Below are positions 8,771-18,952 of a stretch of 39,489 nucleotides of DNA, in pieces; within the stretch, counting starts at the first letter, position 1; each line of letters opens with the position of its first letter. The stretch covers positions 1 through 39,489 of the forward strand of contig WJMO01000012.1 in assembly GCA_014727915.1 (NCBI GenBank). Reading direction: 5' to 3'. The position numbers and the translations under genes were made by a program. The stretch is from Candidatus Altiarchaeales archaeon (GTDB lineage: Archaea; Altiarchaeota; Altiarchaeia; IMC4; SCGC-AAA252-I15). The notes beneath the pieces were generated by a model, which was not told where the DNA came from, searched no databases, and saw nothing but the letters and a program-made list of their open reading frames with translations.

Positions 8771-10216
8771 CTATGTCATGTACCCCAGTGCTTTCAGGTT
8801 CTCTATCATTGCGTCGTTGTCTGGTGTTATCTGTTCCGCTTCCGGCATATGGTGTTTTTCCGTCATCATGAACCACCCTAGACGTGGCAGGAGCCTCGCG
8901 GAAACCAATGGTCTACTGTAGAACAGGTTCTCTGTTTCACTCGGGTCTTCGATGACGTCATACAATTCGAAAATGGAACCTTGCGTGTGTCCCCTGTCCC
9001 AGTTTGATGGCACGTATATGAGCTTCCAACGGCTGTCCCTAACCGACCTCATATAATTCTCCTGGTAACCGGCCTCCGAGTAAACGTATCTGTCATGTCC
9101 TTCCCCGGTGAAGATAAGCGGGAACAGGCTTTCCCCCTCCACAATCTCTGGGATTTTAGCACCAATGAAGTCAAGTGTCGTTGGCATTACATCGATCAAA
9201 CCCACCACCTCCCCCATACTCCTGCCCTTCGGCAGGTTGGGGTGTGAAATCATCAGCGGAACCCTGCTGCAGGCATCATATGGTAGCAGCCCATGTTCGT
9301 AGTAGAAGTCATGGTCTCCCAGGCTCTCCCCATGGTCCGCGGTTAAGATGACAAGCGTGTCATCCAACATTCCATCTGCCTCAAGCTTATCCATCAGCAG
9401 GCCGATGTAATGGTCCGCATATGCGATCTCCCCATCGTACTGGGCGACATAGTGGTGGTGGTTGGTGTGGTTTCCCTCTTTGACGCGCACGCACGGCCTG
9501 TGCATGAAGTTATCTTCACATTCCTCGCTGTAGTCGAATTCAAGCTCCTCATACCCATAGTATTCGTCGTCTATGAACAGGTCATTGTAGGGTTGTGGGG
9601 GTGTGTACGGTGCGTGGGGGTCGATGAAGTGCGCCCACAGGTAGAACTTGCCCTCTCCAACGCCATCCAGGAACCTGGATATGTGGGAATAAAGAAGCTC
9701 GGCGGGGACGGAGCAGTTCACACCCCACTGGCATGACTCATCCGGGAACACGTGCACGTCCATCCCCTGGTCGAAGTTGTAGAATGAAGCGAGGTTAGAG
9801 TTGGCGACGAAACCACCAGTCGCATATCCTTCCCCTTTAAGGGCTTCGGCCAGAATAGTATTATCCTGGTGCAATCTCATCTTACATCCCCTCATAACCC
9901 CGTTGGTGTGCCCGTAGGTGCCCGTGTGCATAGACGCCATGCTGGGGCTGGTCTTAGGCCATTGGACGGCAGCCTGCTCGAATAAAACGCTGTTCTCAGC
10001 GAGTTTATCAATGTTAGGGGAAGTGTTCCTCACATAACCGTAGCAGCCCAGGTGGTCGGCCCTCAAGGCGTCAACGGTTATGATGACAACGTTGCAGTCG
10101 CTGCAACGATAGCTTTCCGGGTTAATCTGCTCTTCATATGCTGGTGATCTAAGAAGGAACACTGTAGCTACTGCCATAAACAATAGAATAATGACCATAA
10201 CTGACTTCCTTCTCAT
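8771..10216 (-). CDS. Sulfatase-like hydrolase/transferase with N-terminal membrane anchor
   Basis: RRK + hydrophobic N-terminus, NVVIITVDALRADH, KTSPSMASMHTG, HFIDPHAPY, TADHGE, C-terminal LKALGY. Confidence 0.88.
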   Translation of the reverse strand: MRRKSVMVIILLFMAVATVFLLRSPAYEEQINPESYRCSDCNVVIITVDALRADHLGCYGYVRNTSPNIDKLAENSVLFEQAAVQWPKTSPSMASMHTGTYGHTNGVMRGCKMRLHQDNTILAEALKGEGYATGGFVANSNLASFYNFDQGMDVHVFPDESCQWGVNCSVPAELLYSHISRFLDGVGEGKFYLWAHFIDPHAPYTPPQPYNDLFIDDEYYGYEELEFDYSEECEDNFMHRPCVRVKEGNHTNHHHYVAQYDGEIAYADHYIGLLMDKLEADGMLDDTLVILTADHGESLGDHDFYYEHGLLPYDACSRVPLMISHPNLPKGRSMGEVVGLIDVMPTTLDFIGAKIPEIVEGESLFPLIFTGEGHDRYVYSEAGYQENYMRSVRDSRWKLIYVPSNWDRGHTQGSIFELYDVIEDPSETENLFYSRPLVSARLLPRLGWFMMTEKHHMPEAEQITPDNDAMIENLKALGYMT

Positions 10217-10227
10217 CTTACCCGTTT

Positions 10228-11220
10228 CTATATTAGCTTTTTGTATAATTCAATGTATTCCCCAACCATATTATCCATGTTGAATTCCTTCACTGCCCTC
10301 GCCCTGTTATGGTCTCCCATCCTCTCTCTGACTGATTCATCCTCTGCGAGTGATACTATCCTCTCCTTGAATTCTCCGATGTTATCTGGATTGCAGAGGT
10401 ATCCTCCCCGCCCGTCATCAATCAACTCTGGGAATGAAGTGGCATTCGAAGTTACAACCGGCAGGCCGCAGGCCATCGCCTCCAGTGTGGACAGGCTCAG
10501 GCCCTCCAACCTGGAGGGGAAGAAGAAGATGTCCGCAAGGTTATAGTAATGGCGGATATGCTCCCTGCCAACCCGTCCCAAGGAGATGATGTTGCGTTCT
10601 GGCCTTCTGATGTGCTCCCTCAACCCAGCGCACAACAGCACATAATCATCCCCTAACTCTCTCATGACCTCCAACAGTATGTCGGATCCCTTCCGTTTGG
10701 TGAAGTTCCCAGAGAACAGCAGCACGGTCTTCCCCTCGTATTCCCCCTTTTCAACATCCATTGGCTGGAAAAAGCTGGTGTCCACGCCGTTGTAGATGAT
10801 CCTGCCCTTATCCGTCCCGTATGTCCTTTGATAGCTGTTCATTTTGTACTTGCTGACATACACGACCTCATCAGCAGCCTCGATGCTCTTCCCTTCATAG
10901 ATCTTCCAGAGTGGGTGGACCAGCCTCTGCAAGGGCGTCTTGAATTCTGCGAATCCATGTTCGTGGACGTTCAACGTCGCCCTCACGACCAACGGAGTGC
11001 GCTCCTGTTTGAAGACGAAACCATCTCTCGTATTGGATTGAATTACATCACAGTCAACATGTTTATCGATTATCTTCAGCAGCTGCGGGGTCATCTCATA
11101 GTATTTCGGAAAGAACTGGACTGAAGATTCCACTCCTCTCTCTTTGAGATGGGTGTGGAATGTCTCCGTCCATATGTCCGGTCCGCTGCCGGTCCGTATC
11201 TGCTTGAAGCAGGCCTTCAC
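10228..11220 (-). CDS. Glycosyltransferase family 4
   Basis: IIYNGVD, RKG, PSRLEGLSLSTLEAMACGLPVV. Start placed at GTG 11220, which overlaps the upstream stop (GTGA). Confidence 0.88.
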   Translation of the reverse strand: MKACFKQIRTGSGPDIWTETFHTHLKERGVESSVQFFPKYYEMTPQLLKIIDKHVDCDVIQSNTRDGFVFKQERTPLVVRATLNVHEHGFAEFKTPLQRLVHPLWKIYEGKSIEAADEVVYVSKYKMNSYQRTYGTDKGRIIYNGVDTSFFQPMDVEKGEYEGKTVLLFSGNFTKRKGSDILLEVMRELGDDYVLLCAGLREHIRRPERNIISLGRVGREHIRHYYNLADIFFFPSRLEGLSLSTLEAMACGLPVVTSNATSFPELIDDGRGGYLCNPDNIGEFKERIVSLAEDESVRERMGDHNRARAVKEFNMDNMVGEYIELYKKLI

Positions 11221-12389
11221 CCCAGCACCTCCCCATAGGCTCGTTTGAACTCTTTCGCGATATTCTCCCACCCAAATCTTTCAACAACCATCTCACGCCC
11301 ACGGGATGCGAGCCTTTCACGCAGGCCTTCATCATCCAACAGCCGGTTCACCGCCTCACCCAGTCCTTTCACATCGCCAGGCTCGACCAACAAACCATTC
11401 ACCTCATGTTCCACGATATCGGTTATCCCCCCAATATTTGAAGCGACGACCGGCATAGCCGACGCCAACGCCTCCAACAACACGACACCCAAACCCTCGG
11501 TGTCGCCCTCGGAATCATATACAGCTGGTAGAACAAGGACTGACCCTCTCTGATAGTAGTCGCGGAGCCGGTCGTGGTTCACTGAACCCTCGAAGGACAT
11601 GCTTTTCTTGAAACCTATACTCTCAGCTAAATTCTTAAGGTTTTCAAGCTCGTCACCTTCACCGACAATGACGAGTTTCGCGTCAGGATGGGCTTCTTTC
11701 ACGGCAGGGAACGCCTTCACGAGGTATTCCACTCCCTTCTTCTCAGCCAACCTGCCAACATAGAGGACCGTCTTATCCCTTCTACCGCTGCCGGGTTTGA
11801 ATTTTTCAACGTCCACGCCCATGGGAATCAACTCGCTGCCGACATGCCCACACAATACCCTAACCTCGTCATCCGTCGCCCTGCTATTGACAGTAACGCT
11901 TGCGGCATGTGACAGGACAAAACTTGAAACCCGCTTCAACACCCTCGACTTCAACGGGAACACGTCACCCGCGTGAACCGAGACGACATACCTCTTTCCG
12001 AAGAGCAGACCAACAACCCAAGCGTTCAACCCCTGCGGGAGTATCCAGTGGGCGTGGATGAGATCCGGCTTCTCCCTGAGCATCAGCCAGAACATGAAAA
12101 GCCGCTGGCTGCCCGCCAGCAGGGGCAACTGTATCCTAGCCAGCAGGCTGTGACGCAATCTCTCCCTTATGCCGCCGCCCCAGCACAGGTCCTGATACTT
12201 GAAAGGGAAGAAATACGGGTGCCGAACCACCTTCACACCGTCCATCTCCTCGCTGAATTTTGCACCCTCATGGTGCGGGGCCAGCACAACGACTTCGACT
12301 CCCGCCCTAACAAGGTATCTTGCGAGGTCGTAGACGAACCTCGGCCGCGCGTCACCCGCCCACCTAGGAAAGGTGGTAGCAACCATCAA
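11217..12389 (-). CDS. Glycosyltransferase family 4
   Basis: HAHW, IPMGVD, VGRLAEKKG, EGLGVVLLEALASAMPVV. The true start may be ATC 12398 (see findings). Confidence 0.9.
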   Translation of the reverse strand: MMVATTFPRWAGDARPRFVYDLARYLVRAGVEVVVLAPHHEGAKFSEEMDGVKVVRHPYFFPFKYQDLCWGGGIRERLRHSLLARIQLPLLAGSQRLFMFWLMLREKPDLIHAHWILPQGLNAWVVGLLFGKRYVVSVHAGDVFPLKSRVLKRVSSFVLSHAASVTVNSRATDDEVRVLCGHVGSELIPMGVDVEKFKPGSGRRDKTVLYVGRLAEKKGVEYLVKAFPAVKEAHPDAKLVIVGEGDELENLKNLAESIGFKKSMSFEGSVNHDRLRDYYQRGSVLVLPAVYDSEGDTEGLGVVLLEALASAMPVVASNIGGITDIVEHEVNGLLVEPGDVKGLGEAVNRLLDDEGLRERLASRGREMVVERFGWENIAKEFKRAYGEVLG

Positions 12390-12399
12390 AACCCTGATT

Positions 12400-13326
12400 T
12401 TAACCCCTCTTCTTAGCCCTGTAGAGCAGCTCCTCGTGGAGCCTCCGGTTGTTGTCGATCAAGTCGGCCAGTATCCCGAGTATCACAACCTGGAAACCCA
12501 GCAGTAGCATGAACGTTGAAAGGAGGGCGGTGGGGATGTAACCCACGTAGCCGTAGGAAAGATAGTGTGCCAGCACCCGCAAACCGGCTAAAACGCCCAG
12601 GAACATGAGGAAGCCGCCGATGGATAGCATGGCCTTTAGGGGGTGGTACTGTAGGTAAGTGCGGATTATGGTAGAGCCCGCCTTCTTCGCGTACACGTAG
12701 ATGTTAGGGATAAGACGCGAGTCATCCCCTCTTTTCCGGAACGTCACAGGCACCTCGACGATCGCCAGGTCCTTGTAGACCGCTTGGATGATAGTCTCCT
12801 GCACATACGTGTAGTCAGATCCTATGTTGATCCGTTGCACCGCATCCCTCGTCAAAGCCCTGAAACCGGTCTGCGCGTCGCTCACCGGATAACCGCTCGC
12901 GATGTTGGTCGCCCACGTGGCTATCCTGTTGCCCAACCTCTTCTGCAGGGGCATGTACTCTATGGTTCCCTTGAACCTGGAACCCAAGACTATGTCGGCT
13001 CTCCCGTCCAATATGGGCTTTATCAGCTTAGGTATCTCGCCGCTGTCGTACTGGCCGTCCGCGTCGATGTTCAAAACGATATCCGCCCCCATCTCCAACG
13101 CGGTGTCCAAACCCTCCTTGAAAACCTTCGCCAATCCCCGGTTCCTCTTGAACCGGACTATCCGGTCAGCGCCCGCCTTCTCAGCCTCCTCGAACGTCCT
13201 GTCGCTGCTGCCGTCGTCGACCACAACCACGATCACGTCATCGCAGGCATCCCGGGGTATAGAACTCACGACCTCGCCGACAGTGCCCTCCTCATCGTAT
13301 GCGGGAACCACAACCACCAAACGCAT
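12400..13326 (-). CDS. Glycosyltransferase family 2, polyprenol-phosphate glycosyltransferase (DPM/GtrB-like) with 2 C-terminal TM helices
   Basis: MRLVVVVPAYDEE, VDDGSSD, NRG, DADGQY, DAQTGFR. Real start is ATG 13326; the longer ORF extension overlaps the Nudix gene. Confidence 0.9.
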   Translation of the reverse strand: MRLVVVVPAYDEEGTVGEVVSSIPRDACDDVIVVVVDDGSSDRTFEEAEKAGADRIVRFKRNRGLAKVFKEGLDTALEMGADIVLNIDADGQYDSGEIPKLIKPILDGRADIVLGSRFKGTIEYMPLQKRLGNRIATWATNIASGYPVSDAQTGFRALTRDAVQRINIGSDYTYVQETIIQAVYKDLAIVEVPVTFRKRGDDSRLIPNIYVYAKKAGSTIIRTYLQYHPLKAMLSIGGFLMFLGVLAGLRVLAHYLSYGYVGYIPTALLSTFMLLLGFQVVILGILADLIDNNRRLHEELLYRAKKRG

Positions 13327-13362
13327 AGTAAAATACATAGAAAACGTATTAAATACATTGCA

Positions 13363-13761
13363 ATGGCCTGCGAGAACCCCAAGCTGACAGTCGACGCAGC
13401 AATAGTAGAGGACAACCGGATAGTACTTATACGGCGGGCCAACGAACCCTTCCAGGGCATGTGGGCGCTGCCCGGCGGTTTCGTAGACTACGGGGAGAAG
13501 GTCGAGTACGCGACCGTCAGGGAAGCCAGAGAGGAAACGTCCCTCGACGTTGAAATCTCGAAGCTGGTAGGCGTCTACAGCGACCCGGAAAGGGACCCAC
13601 GTGGGCATACTGTGGGCGTGGTATTCCTCTGCAAAGTCATCGGGGGCGAGCTAGAGGCAGCCGACGACGCACAAGAAGCCAGGTGGTTCAGCCTAGACGA
13701 CCTGCCAGAACTGGCATTCGACCACTCACAAATACTAGAAGACCTAAAAAAACTTAAATAA
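13363..13761 (+). CDS. Nudix hydrolase (ADP-ribose pyrophosphatase-like)
   Basis: Nudix box GGFVDYGEKVEYATVREAREETSL, RDPRGH, LAFDH. Start at ATG 13363. Confidence 0.9.
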   Translation: MACENPKLTVDAAIVEDNRIVLIRRANEPFQGMWALPGGFVDYGEKVEYATVREAREETSLDVEISKLVGVYSDPERDPRGHTVGVVFLCKVIGGELEAADDAQEARWFSLDDLPELAFDHSQILEDLKKLK

Positions 13762-13783
13762 TTTAAACTTTTTTATCAACTGT

Positions 13784-14479
13784 TCATAATCTTCTCTCTA
13801 TCGGCGGGGGCTCCGGGACTCTCATACGCTCAAGCTCCGGTTTATCGGGCTTCACCTCGTTCACCGGGGTTTTACCCTGCTTTCTATCGCCTTCCGGGAC
13901 ATAAACTGCTGCTGATCCTCCATGGTGCCTTACGATCTGCCCTGCCAGACCGTCAACTGGCATTCTCTGGTCCACGTAGTCGCCGACGACCCTGATGGCG
14001 TCACCTGCGGTGGCGACCACCAAACCCTGGAACAGCGGGTCCCGGACGTTCACGGATCCCGCGTTCTCGACCCTCGAAACCCTGCCGTCCCTTATCTGGA
14101 AGGCGGTTATGTTGCCTTCACCGCCGAGGGTGCCGTAGAACTGCACCTTACCCCCTCCACTGTCCACCAGAGTTCCCATCTCCCCGTTTCCCCCGTCAAC
14201 CCGGTACATGCTGTTCGATATGACCTGCGGTTCTCCCACGGCGGAGGCGGAGAACAGCCTGCCCTCCGAGAACATGCGGTCCTCGCTATGGACGATCTGT
14301 GTGGAGCCACTGCCCTTGACTGCCTCAACGGTCGAATCTAGCATTCGAGGGCCCACCCTCTTGTCCCCCGGCTGAAGAATATCAGGCTGTCTGGCCGGGT
14401 CTAAAACAGTCTCAGGACTCCTGACGTCCAAGTCCCCTGCTCTGGCCCTCTTATCCTTCACCTCTGCAGTGGCCATCAT
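13784..14479 (-). CDS. Hypothetical protein
   Basis: 231-aa ORF filling the gap, with an ATTTAAAT box ~25 nt upstream; no motif recognised. Confidence 0.65.
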   Translation of the reverse strand: MMATAEVKDKRARAGDLDVRSPETVLDPARQPDILQPGDKRVGPRMLDSTVEAVKGSGSTQIVHSEDRMFSEGRLFSASAVGEPQVISNSMYRVDGGNGEMGTLVDSGGGKVQFYGTLGGEGNITAFQIRDGRVSRVENAGSVNVRDPLFQGLVVATAGDAIRVVGDYVDQRMPVDGLAGQIVRHHGGSAAVYVPEGDRKQGKTPVNEVKPDKPELERMRVPEPPPIERRL

Positions 14480-14519
14480 TACTATCTAGGATTCACCCAT
14501 TTAAATTTCAAGGGAATCC

Positions 14520-15572
14520 TCAACCCAAATCGGATTCTTCTGTTCCCGGCAAATGCTTGACCCTGTCAATGACCTCAACGGTCGAATCCAACGGGGTTCC
14601 ACTCATTTCCGGAGCGTCAGCCTCCCCCATCAGGGTTTTGACTATGGTCTCATGCGTCTTTGGCAGCTTTTCAAGGTTGTATCCGCCCTCCAACACTAGA
14701 AACAGCCTGCCATTGCATACTTCACCAGCCAACTCCATCATCCCCGCGGTCATCGCGGAGTAGCCCTCATCCGTCACTTGCAGGCCTGATATAATGTCGT
14801 CTCGGTGGCTGTCCTGGCCGGCGCCCACGAACAGCATGTCAGGACCGAACTCACGCACTTTAGGCACTACAAGCTCTTCTATTACGCGCATGAAATCAGC
14901 GTCCCCCGCACCAGCCTGCAAGGGTATGTTCAGGCAGTAGCCTTCCCCCTCTCCCTCCCCCCTCTGCTCTACGAATCCTGTGCCGGGGTAGAAGCTCCGC
15001 GGGTCCTGGTGGGCTGATATTGTCAACACACTAGGGTCATCGTAGAAGACTTCCATGGTGCCGTTCCCGCAGTGGGCGTCCCAGTCGAACACGGCAACCC
15101 TCCCCAACCCATGGGCCTGCTGGAGGTGCTTTATCGTGATGGCGGTGTTGTTGAAGTAGCAGAAGCCGGCAGGCCTGTACAAGCCGGCGTGGTGTCCCGG
15201 CGGCCTGACCAAACCGAAGCAGTTGTCGACCTCGCCCTTCCATACGCTCTCCCCGCCTAACATCACACCCCCCGCAGCCAATAGGGCGGCGTAGCATGTG
15301 TCCCCGCAGACGTACACGTCCGTGTTCAACACCGCATCATCGGGGTACCCGGTCTCGCTCGTATACTCCACATAATCGTAGTGCTCCCTGCTGTGAACCA
15401 TGGTTATGTCATCCGGGCTGCAAGGTTCGGGAGTGAGCAGCGCGAGCTTGTCCAAGAGTCCAGCCTCCCTGAAGTGATCGTATGTCGCGGTCACACGCTC
15501 CGGAACCTCCGGGTTACCCGGGTATGGGCAGTGCTTCACAAAATCCTTATGGTAGACGAGCCCAGTGGACAT
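14520..15572 (-). CDS. Histone deacetylase / acetylpolyamine amidohydrolase family (Zn-dependent)
   Basis: RPPGHHA, GFCYFNN, DWDAHCGNGT, YPGTG, GQDSHRDD, LEGGY. Confidence 0.93.
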   Translation of the reverse strand: MSTGLVYHKDFVKHCPYPGNPEVPERVTATYDHFREAGLLDKLALLTPEPCSPDDITMVHSREHYDYVEYTSETGYPDDAVLNTDVYVCGDTCYAALLAAGGVMLGGESVWKGEVDNCFGLVRPPGHHAGLYRPAGFCYFNNTAITIKHLQQAHGLGRVAVFDWDAHCGNGTMEVFYDDPSVLTISAHQDPRSFYPGTGFVEQRGEGEGEGYCLNIPLQAGAGDADFMRVIEELVVPKVREFGPDMLFVGAGQDSHRDDIISGLQVTDEGYSAMTAGMMELAGEVCNGRLFLVLEGGYNLEKLPKTHETIVKTLMGEADAPEMSGTPLDSTVEVIDRVKHLPGTEESDLG

Positions 15573-15635
15573 GGATATACATTAGAAAAAAACCGTTTAA
15601 TACACTAAAAAAATAGAAATTTTTGAGATGGCTTT

Positions 15636-16652
<1,017 letters not shown>

Positions 16653-16699
16653 TTATCTATACGCTATTAAAAAGGCGTTCAGACCATAAACTGTAAAGT

Positions 16700-17461
16700 A
16701 TGACAGGGCCAGAATATCAGCGCGGGTACTCGAAGAGGCACGAGGGCGACATATACCATGAGCCGGGCAGACGGCGGAAGGCCGGGAAGATAATGTCAGT
16801 GTTGGAAGACCACTACGGTGGAGGCCTGAGCAATCTGTTTGTCTTGGATGTGGGATGCTCCACCGGCGTCATGGACGAAGCGCTCGCGGGAAATATGCAG
16901 GGTCTTGTCGGCGTTGACATAGACTCGGATGCGGTGAAATCAGCCTCGGTGAAATACCCGGCGGAAAACCTGTCCTTCATGGTACAGGACGGCACCTGCC
17001 TGGGCTTCAAAGACTCGTCATTCGATGCTGTCATATGCTCCCAGGTCTACGAGCACACACCCTCAGCGGATGCTCTAATGTCCGAGATACACCGGGTGCT
17101 TAGGCCTGGCGGAGTTTGCTATTTCGCAGCAACCAACAGGCTGAGGCTCATGGAGCAGCACTACCGGCTCCCCCTCCTGTCCCTGATGCCCAAGTCGCTG
17201 GCCCACGTCTACCTCAGGCTAACCGGCAGAGGCGGCCGATACTATGAGAAGCACCTGACACTATGGGGCCTCCAGAAGCTGGTCTCGGATTTCAAGGTTT
17301 TGGACTACACTGGAAAGGCGGTTGAGGACCCCGTCAGTTTCGGGCTGACGGACATGATAAGACCAGGCACGGCGAAGCAGAAGGCTGCCCTGGCCTGCTT
17401 GAAAATCGCCTACTGGCTCTTCCCAGGCTACATATGGCTGCTTGTAAAACCTGCGGACTAG
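16700..17461 (+). CDS. Class I SAM-dependent methyltransferase
   Basis: VLDVGCSTG, GVDID, SFDAVICSQVYEH, RVLRPGG. Confidence 0.88.
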   Translation: MTGPEYQRGYSKRHEGDIYHEPGRRRKAGKIMSVLEDHYGGGLSNLFVLDVGCSTGVMDEALAGNMQGLVGVDIDSDAVKSASVKYPAENLSFMVQDGTCLGFKDSSFDAVICSQVYEHTPSADALMSEIHRVLRPGGVCYFAATNRLRLMEQHYRLPLLSLMPKSLAHVYLRLTGRGGRYYEKHLTLWGLQKLVSDFKVLDYTGKAVEDPVSFGLTDMIRPGTAKQKAALACLKIAYWLFPGYIWLLVKPAD

Positions 17462-17515
17462 GCGCTTAGCAGATGGTTTTTTATGCTTTCACTCGTATAA
17501 CATATTCCAAGGGGT

Positions 17516-18250
17516 GTGGTTGGCAATAATGTGGTTTTTGCCATGGAAGAGTTGGACGAGCTGATGGGATCGGAGGACGTTACCTGGAGGGACATACTCT
17601 ACAGCGTCCTCAAGGGAATGGACCCCTGGGACATAGACGTCATAGAGCTGGCCACAAGGTACTCTAAAAAGGTTGATGAGATGCGGGAGATGAACTTCCG
17701 CATACCCGCGAACGTGGTACTCGTATGCTCCGTGCTGCTGAGGATGAAGGCGGACATCATAACGCCAAGGCAGGAGGAATACCCCGACCTCTCCGCGTCG
17801 CTGAACTTCATATTCGAATCAGACTACCCGGTATCCGCGCTGTTGGGCGGGGAGGCCGAACCCTATCCAATCACCATAAAGCCCGCCAGGGTATTGACGC
17901 GGAGGGTCACAGCCGACGAGCTCATAGACGCCATACAGGACGTGCTGAGGGACAAGTCCCGGAAGGCTGAGCGCGCCGCCTTGAAGGCCGCGAGGAAGCT
18001 CGAAGAGGCTGAAGGACCTACCGAGCTGGTCTTAGAGCCTCAGATCAACATCCTGGACATAATCGAGGACACCTACCGGAAGGTGATGGACATACTATCC
18101 AACAAGGAGGTGGCGGTCTTCAGCGAGATGGCGAAGACACGGGACGAGATGCTCCACCTGTTCCTGTCGCTCCTACACCTCTCAAACAGCGAGAGACTGG
18201 TGTTATCCCAGGAGCAGCTGTTCGGCGAGATATACATAAAGCCCGCCTAA
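17516..18250 (+). CDS. scpA: Segregation and condensation protein A (kleisin)
   Basis: MDPWDIDVIELA, LLRMKA, RRVTADELIDA, FLSLLHL...QEQLFGEIYI. Start may be ATG 17543. Confidence 0.88.
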   Translation: MVGNNVVFAMEELDELMGSEDVTWRDILYSVLKGMDPWDIDVIELATRYSKKVDEMREMNFRIPANVVLVCSVLLRMKADIITPRQEEYPDLSASLNFIFESDYPVSALLGGEAEPYPITIKPARVLTRRVTADELIDAIQDVLRDKSRKAERAALKAARKLEEAEGPTELVLEPQINILDIIEDTYRKVMDILSNKEVAVFSEMAKTRDEMLHLFLSLLHLSNSERLVLSQEQLFGEIYIKPA

Positions 18251-18286
18251 GGGTATTTAAATGAATCCTCCATATTAGGTTCTACG

Positions 18287-18709
18287 ATGACGGTTTTGAA
18301 CTTTAAAATCAACAAGTTGTCCGGGGAGAGGAAGGAGAAGAACGCCAAGAGCCTTGAGGTTAAGGCCAACTCCACGATCCTATCCGTTAAGAAGGGAAAG
18401 GACAAGAGGATCGGCGAGTACCTGCACGTTAACTTCAGATACGACGTAGAATACACTCCCGGAATGGGTTCCATACACTTGGAGGGCAGCCTATGGTACC
18501 AGCACCCTAAGCTCGACAGCGTAATGTCCGAGGTAAAGGACAAGGTGGAGCTGAAGAACGAGGCCATCAAGGAGATTTCGAACTCCGTCATACAGGAGAG
18601 CATAGTCGAGGCGTTGGACATGTCGAGGAAGCTGCAGCTCCCCCCGCCCTTGCAGCTCCCCACAGTGACTGTGAAGCCCGAGAAGATGAAGTTCTCAAAA
18701 GCCAGCTAA
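18287..18709 (+). CDS. Conserved archaeal hypothetical protein
   Basis: 140 aa, beta-rich N-terminus, FRYDVEYTPGMGSIHLEG, LQLPPPLQLP; TATTTAAA at ~18254. Confidence 0.75.
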   Translation: MTVLNFKINKLSGERKEKNAKSLEVKANSTILSVKKGKDKRIGEYLHVNFRYDVEYTPGMGSIHLEGSLWYQHPKLDSVMSEVKDKVELKNEAIKEISNSVIQESIVEALDMSRKLQLPPPLQLPTVTVKPEKMKFSKAS

Positions 18710-18722
18710 ACCCGGCATCAAA

Positions 18723-18926
18723 ATGGAGTCCACTGGTTTATGCGACATATGCGGCAAAGCGGGAGCCATGTACACGTGCAGCCTATGCGGCAAGCGCGTC
18801 TGCCAGCTGTGCGTTACCGTCGGCGGCGTATGCAAGTACTGCGTGGGCGGCAAGAGCATAAGCGAAGACGAGAAGATAGTCCGGGAGAGGGTGCTGAAGG
18901 AGAAGGGACTGGACCCCCGCATATGA
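18723..18926 (+). CDS. Small Zn-finger protein (four CxxC motifs)
   Basis: CDIC...CSLC...CQLC...CKYC in 67 aa. Confidence 0.75.
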   Translation: MESTGLCDICGKAGAMYTCSLCGKRVCQLCVTVGGVCKYCVGGKSISEDEKIVRERVLKEKGLDPRI

Positions 18927-18952
18927 CCTTGTTCTGATGATGTCATAGCCTG

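Noticed and set aside
12784-13608. Long overlapping N-terminal extensions of the GT2 and Nudix ORFs
   Set aside because: Each extension is the antisense of the other gene; the recognisable domains start at 13326 and 13363.
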